In this document: positions 46,698 through 47,107 of the stretch, in pieces
Layout of the letters: each line of letters opens with the position of its first letter
Position numbering within the stretch: the stretch's first letter is position 1
IMG/VR virus record: IMGVR_UViG_3300032294_002517
Coordinates: 1 to 47,107 of that record
Direction: 5' to 3' (one strand)
DNA from: a virus
Lineage: Duplodnaviria > Caudoviricetes
Length of the DNA: 47,107 nt
Position numbers and translations under genes: made by a program
Notes under the pieces: model-generated
What the model was told of the DNA's origin: nothing
Seen by the model: only the letters and a program-made list of their open reading frames with translations
The model's database searches: none

Positions 46698-47107
46698 ATT
46701 GCAAGGCGGCTAATCCCTTTTAAGGGACTGAAACTTATCACTCATGATGTATTGCAGTTTATAGAGTTATTATTGCAAGGCGGCTAATCCCTTTTAAGGG
46801 ACTGAAACTAGCGCGTTATGCTGATAGTTTGAGTATTTCTCTGATATTGCAAGGCGGCTAATCCCTTTTAAGGGACTGAAACTCAGAGTCAGATAACTTA
46901 TTTATAATATAGCTTAGTATTGCAAGGCGGCTAATCCCTTTTAAGGGACTGAAACTTGTAAGGTTGATAATTTTTCAATCATTCTCTTATTTATTGCAAG
47001 GCGGCTAATCCCTTTTAAGGGACTGAAACCATAACCGCCAAATTCATCATCATCATTTGGCATATTGATTATTGCAAGGCGGCTAATCCCTTTTAAGGGA
47101 CTGAAAC
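46698..47107 (+). CRISPR. CRISPR array, 6 repeats and 5 spacers, cut by the window end
   Basis: ATTGCAAGGCGGCTAATCCCTTTTAAGGGACTGAAAC (37 bp) at 46698, 46772, 46846, 46919, 46993, 47071; spacers 37, 37, 36, 37, 41 nt. Confidence 0.99.

Overview
The window is a large part of a temperate, siphovirus-like cyanophage genome. About 25 HIP1 GCGATCGC octamers (counted by eye) and heptamer STRR repeats point to a filamentous, probably heterocystous, cyanobacterial host. Phage genes lie on both sides of a tRNA-Arg(UCU) 3'-half next to the integrase, so this looks like an attP (excised or tandem form). Core modules are: integrase/repressor/excisionase; replication initiator with iterons plus DnaB; a C5 methyltransferase; terminase-portal-protease-capsid-adaptor; and neck/tail genes with a predicted -1 frameshifted chaperone. 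The structural region is interrupted by accessory blocks carrying three different CRISPR-related modules. (1) An array-less type IV-B operon (cas11-csf2-csf3-cysH-csf1) whose Csf1 ends in a QLSLF clamp-binding motif. (2) A TnpB-derived type V effector (C2c8/V-U2-like, intact RuvC) with a predictable tracrRNA, a I-D-like leader and an array of at least 6 repeats. (3) A solitary remnant of a type V-K CAST (repeat-spacer-repeat, tRNA-Pro homing spacer and a transposon end with tandemly amplified TnsB sites) fused behind a phage promoter. There is also a tRNA-Ile2(CAU), a sigma factor, and an unannotated tRNA-like structured RNA with a kissing loop beside attP. All family assignments come from motif recognition by eye, not from database searches.
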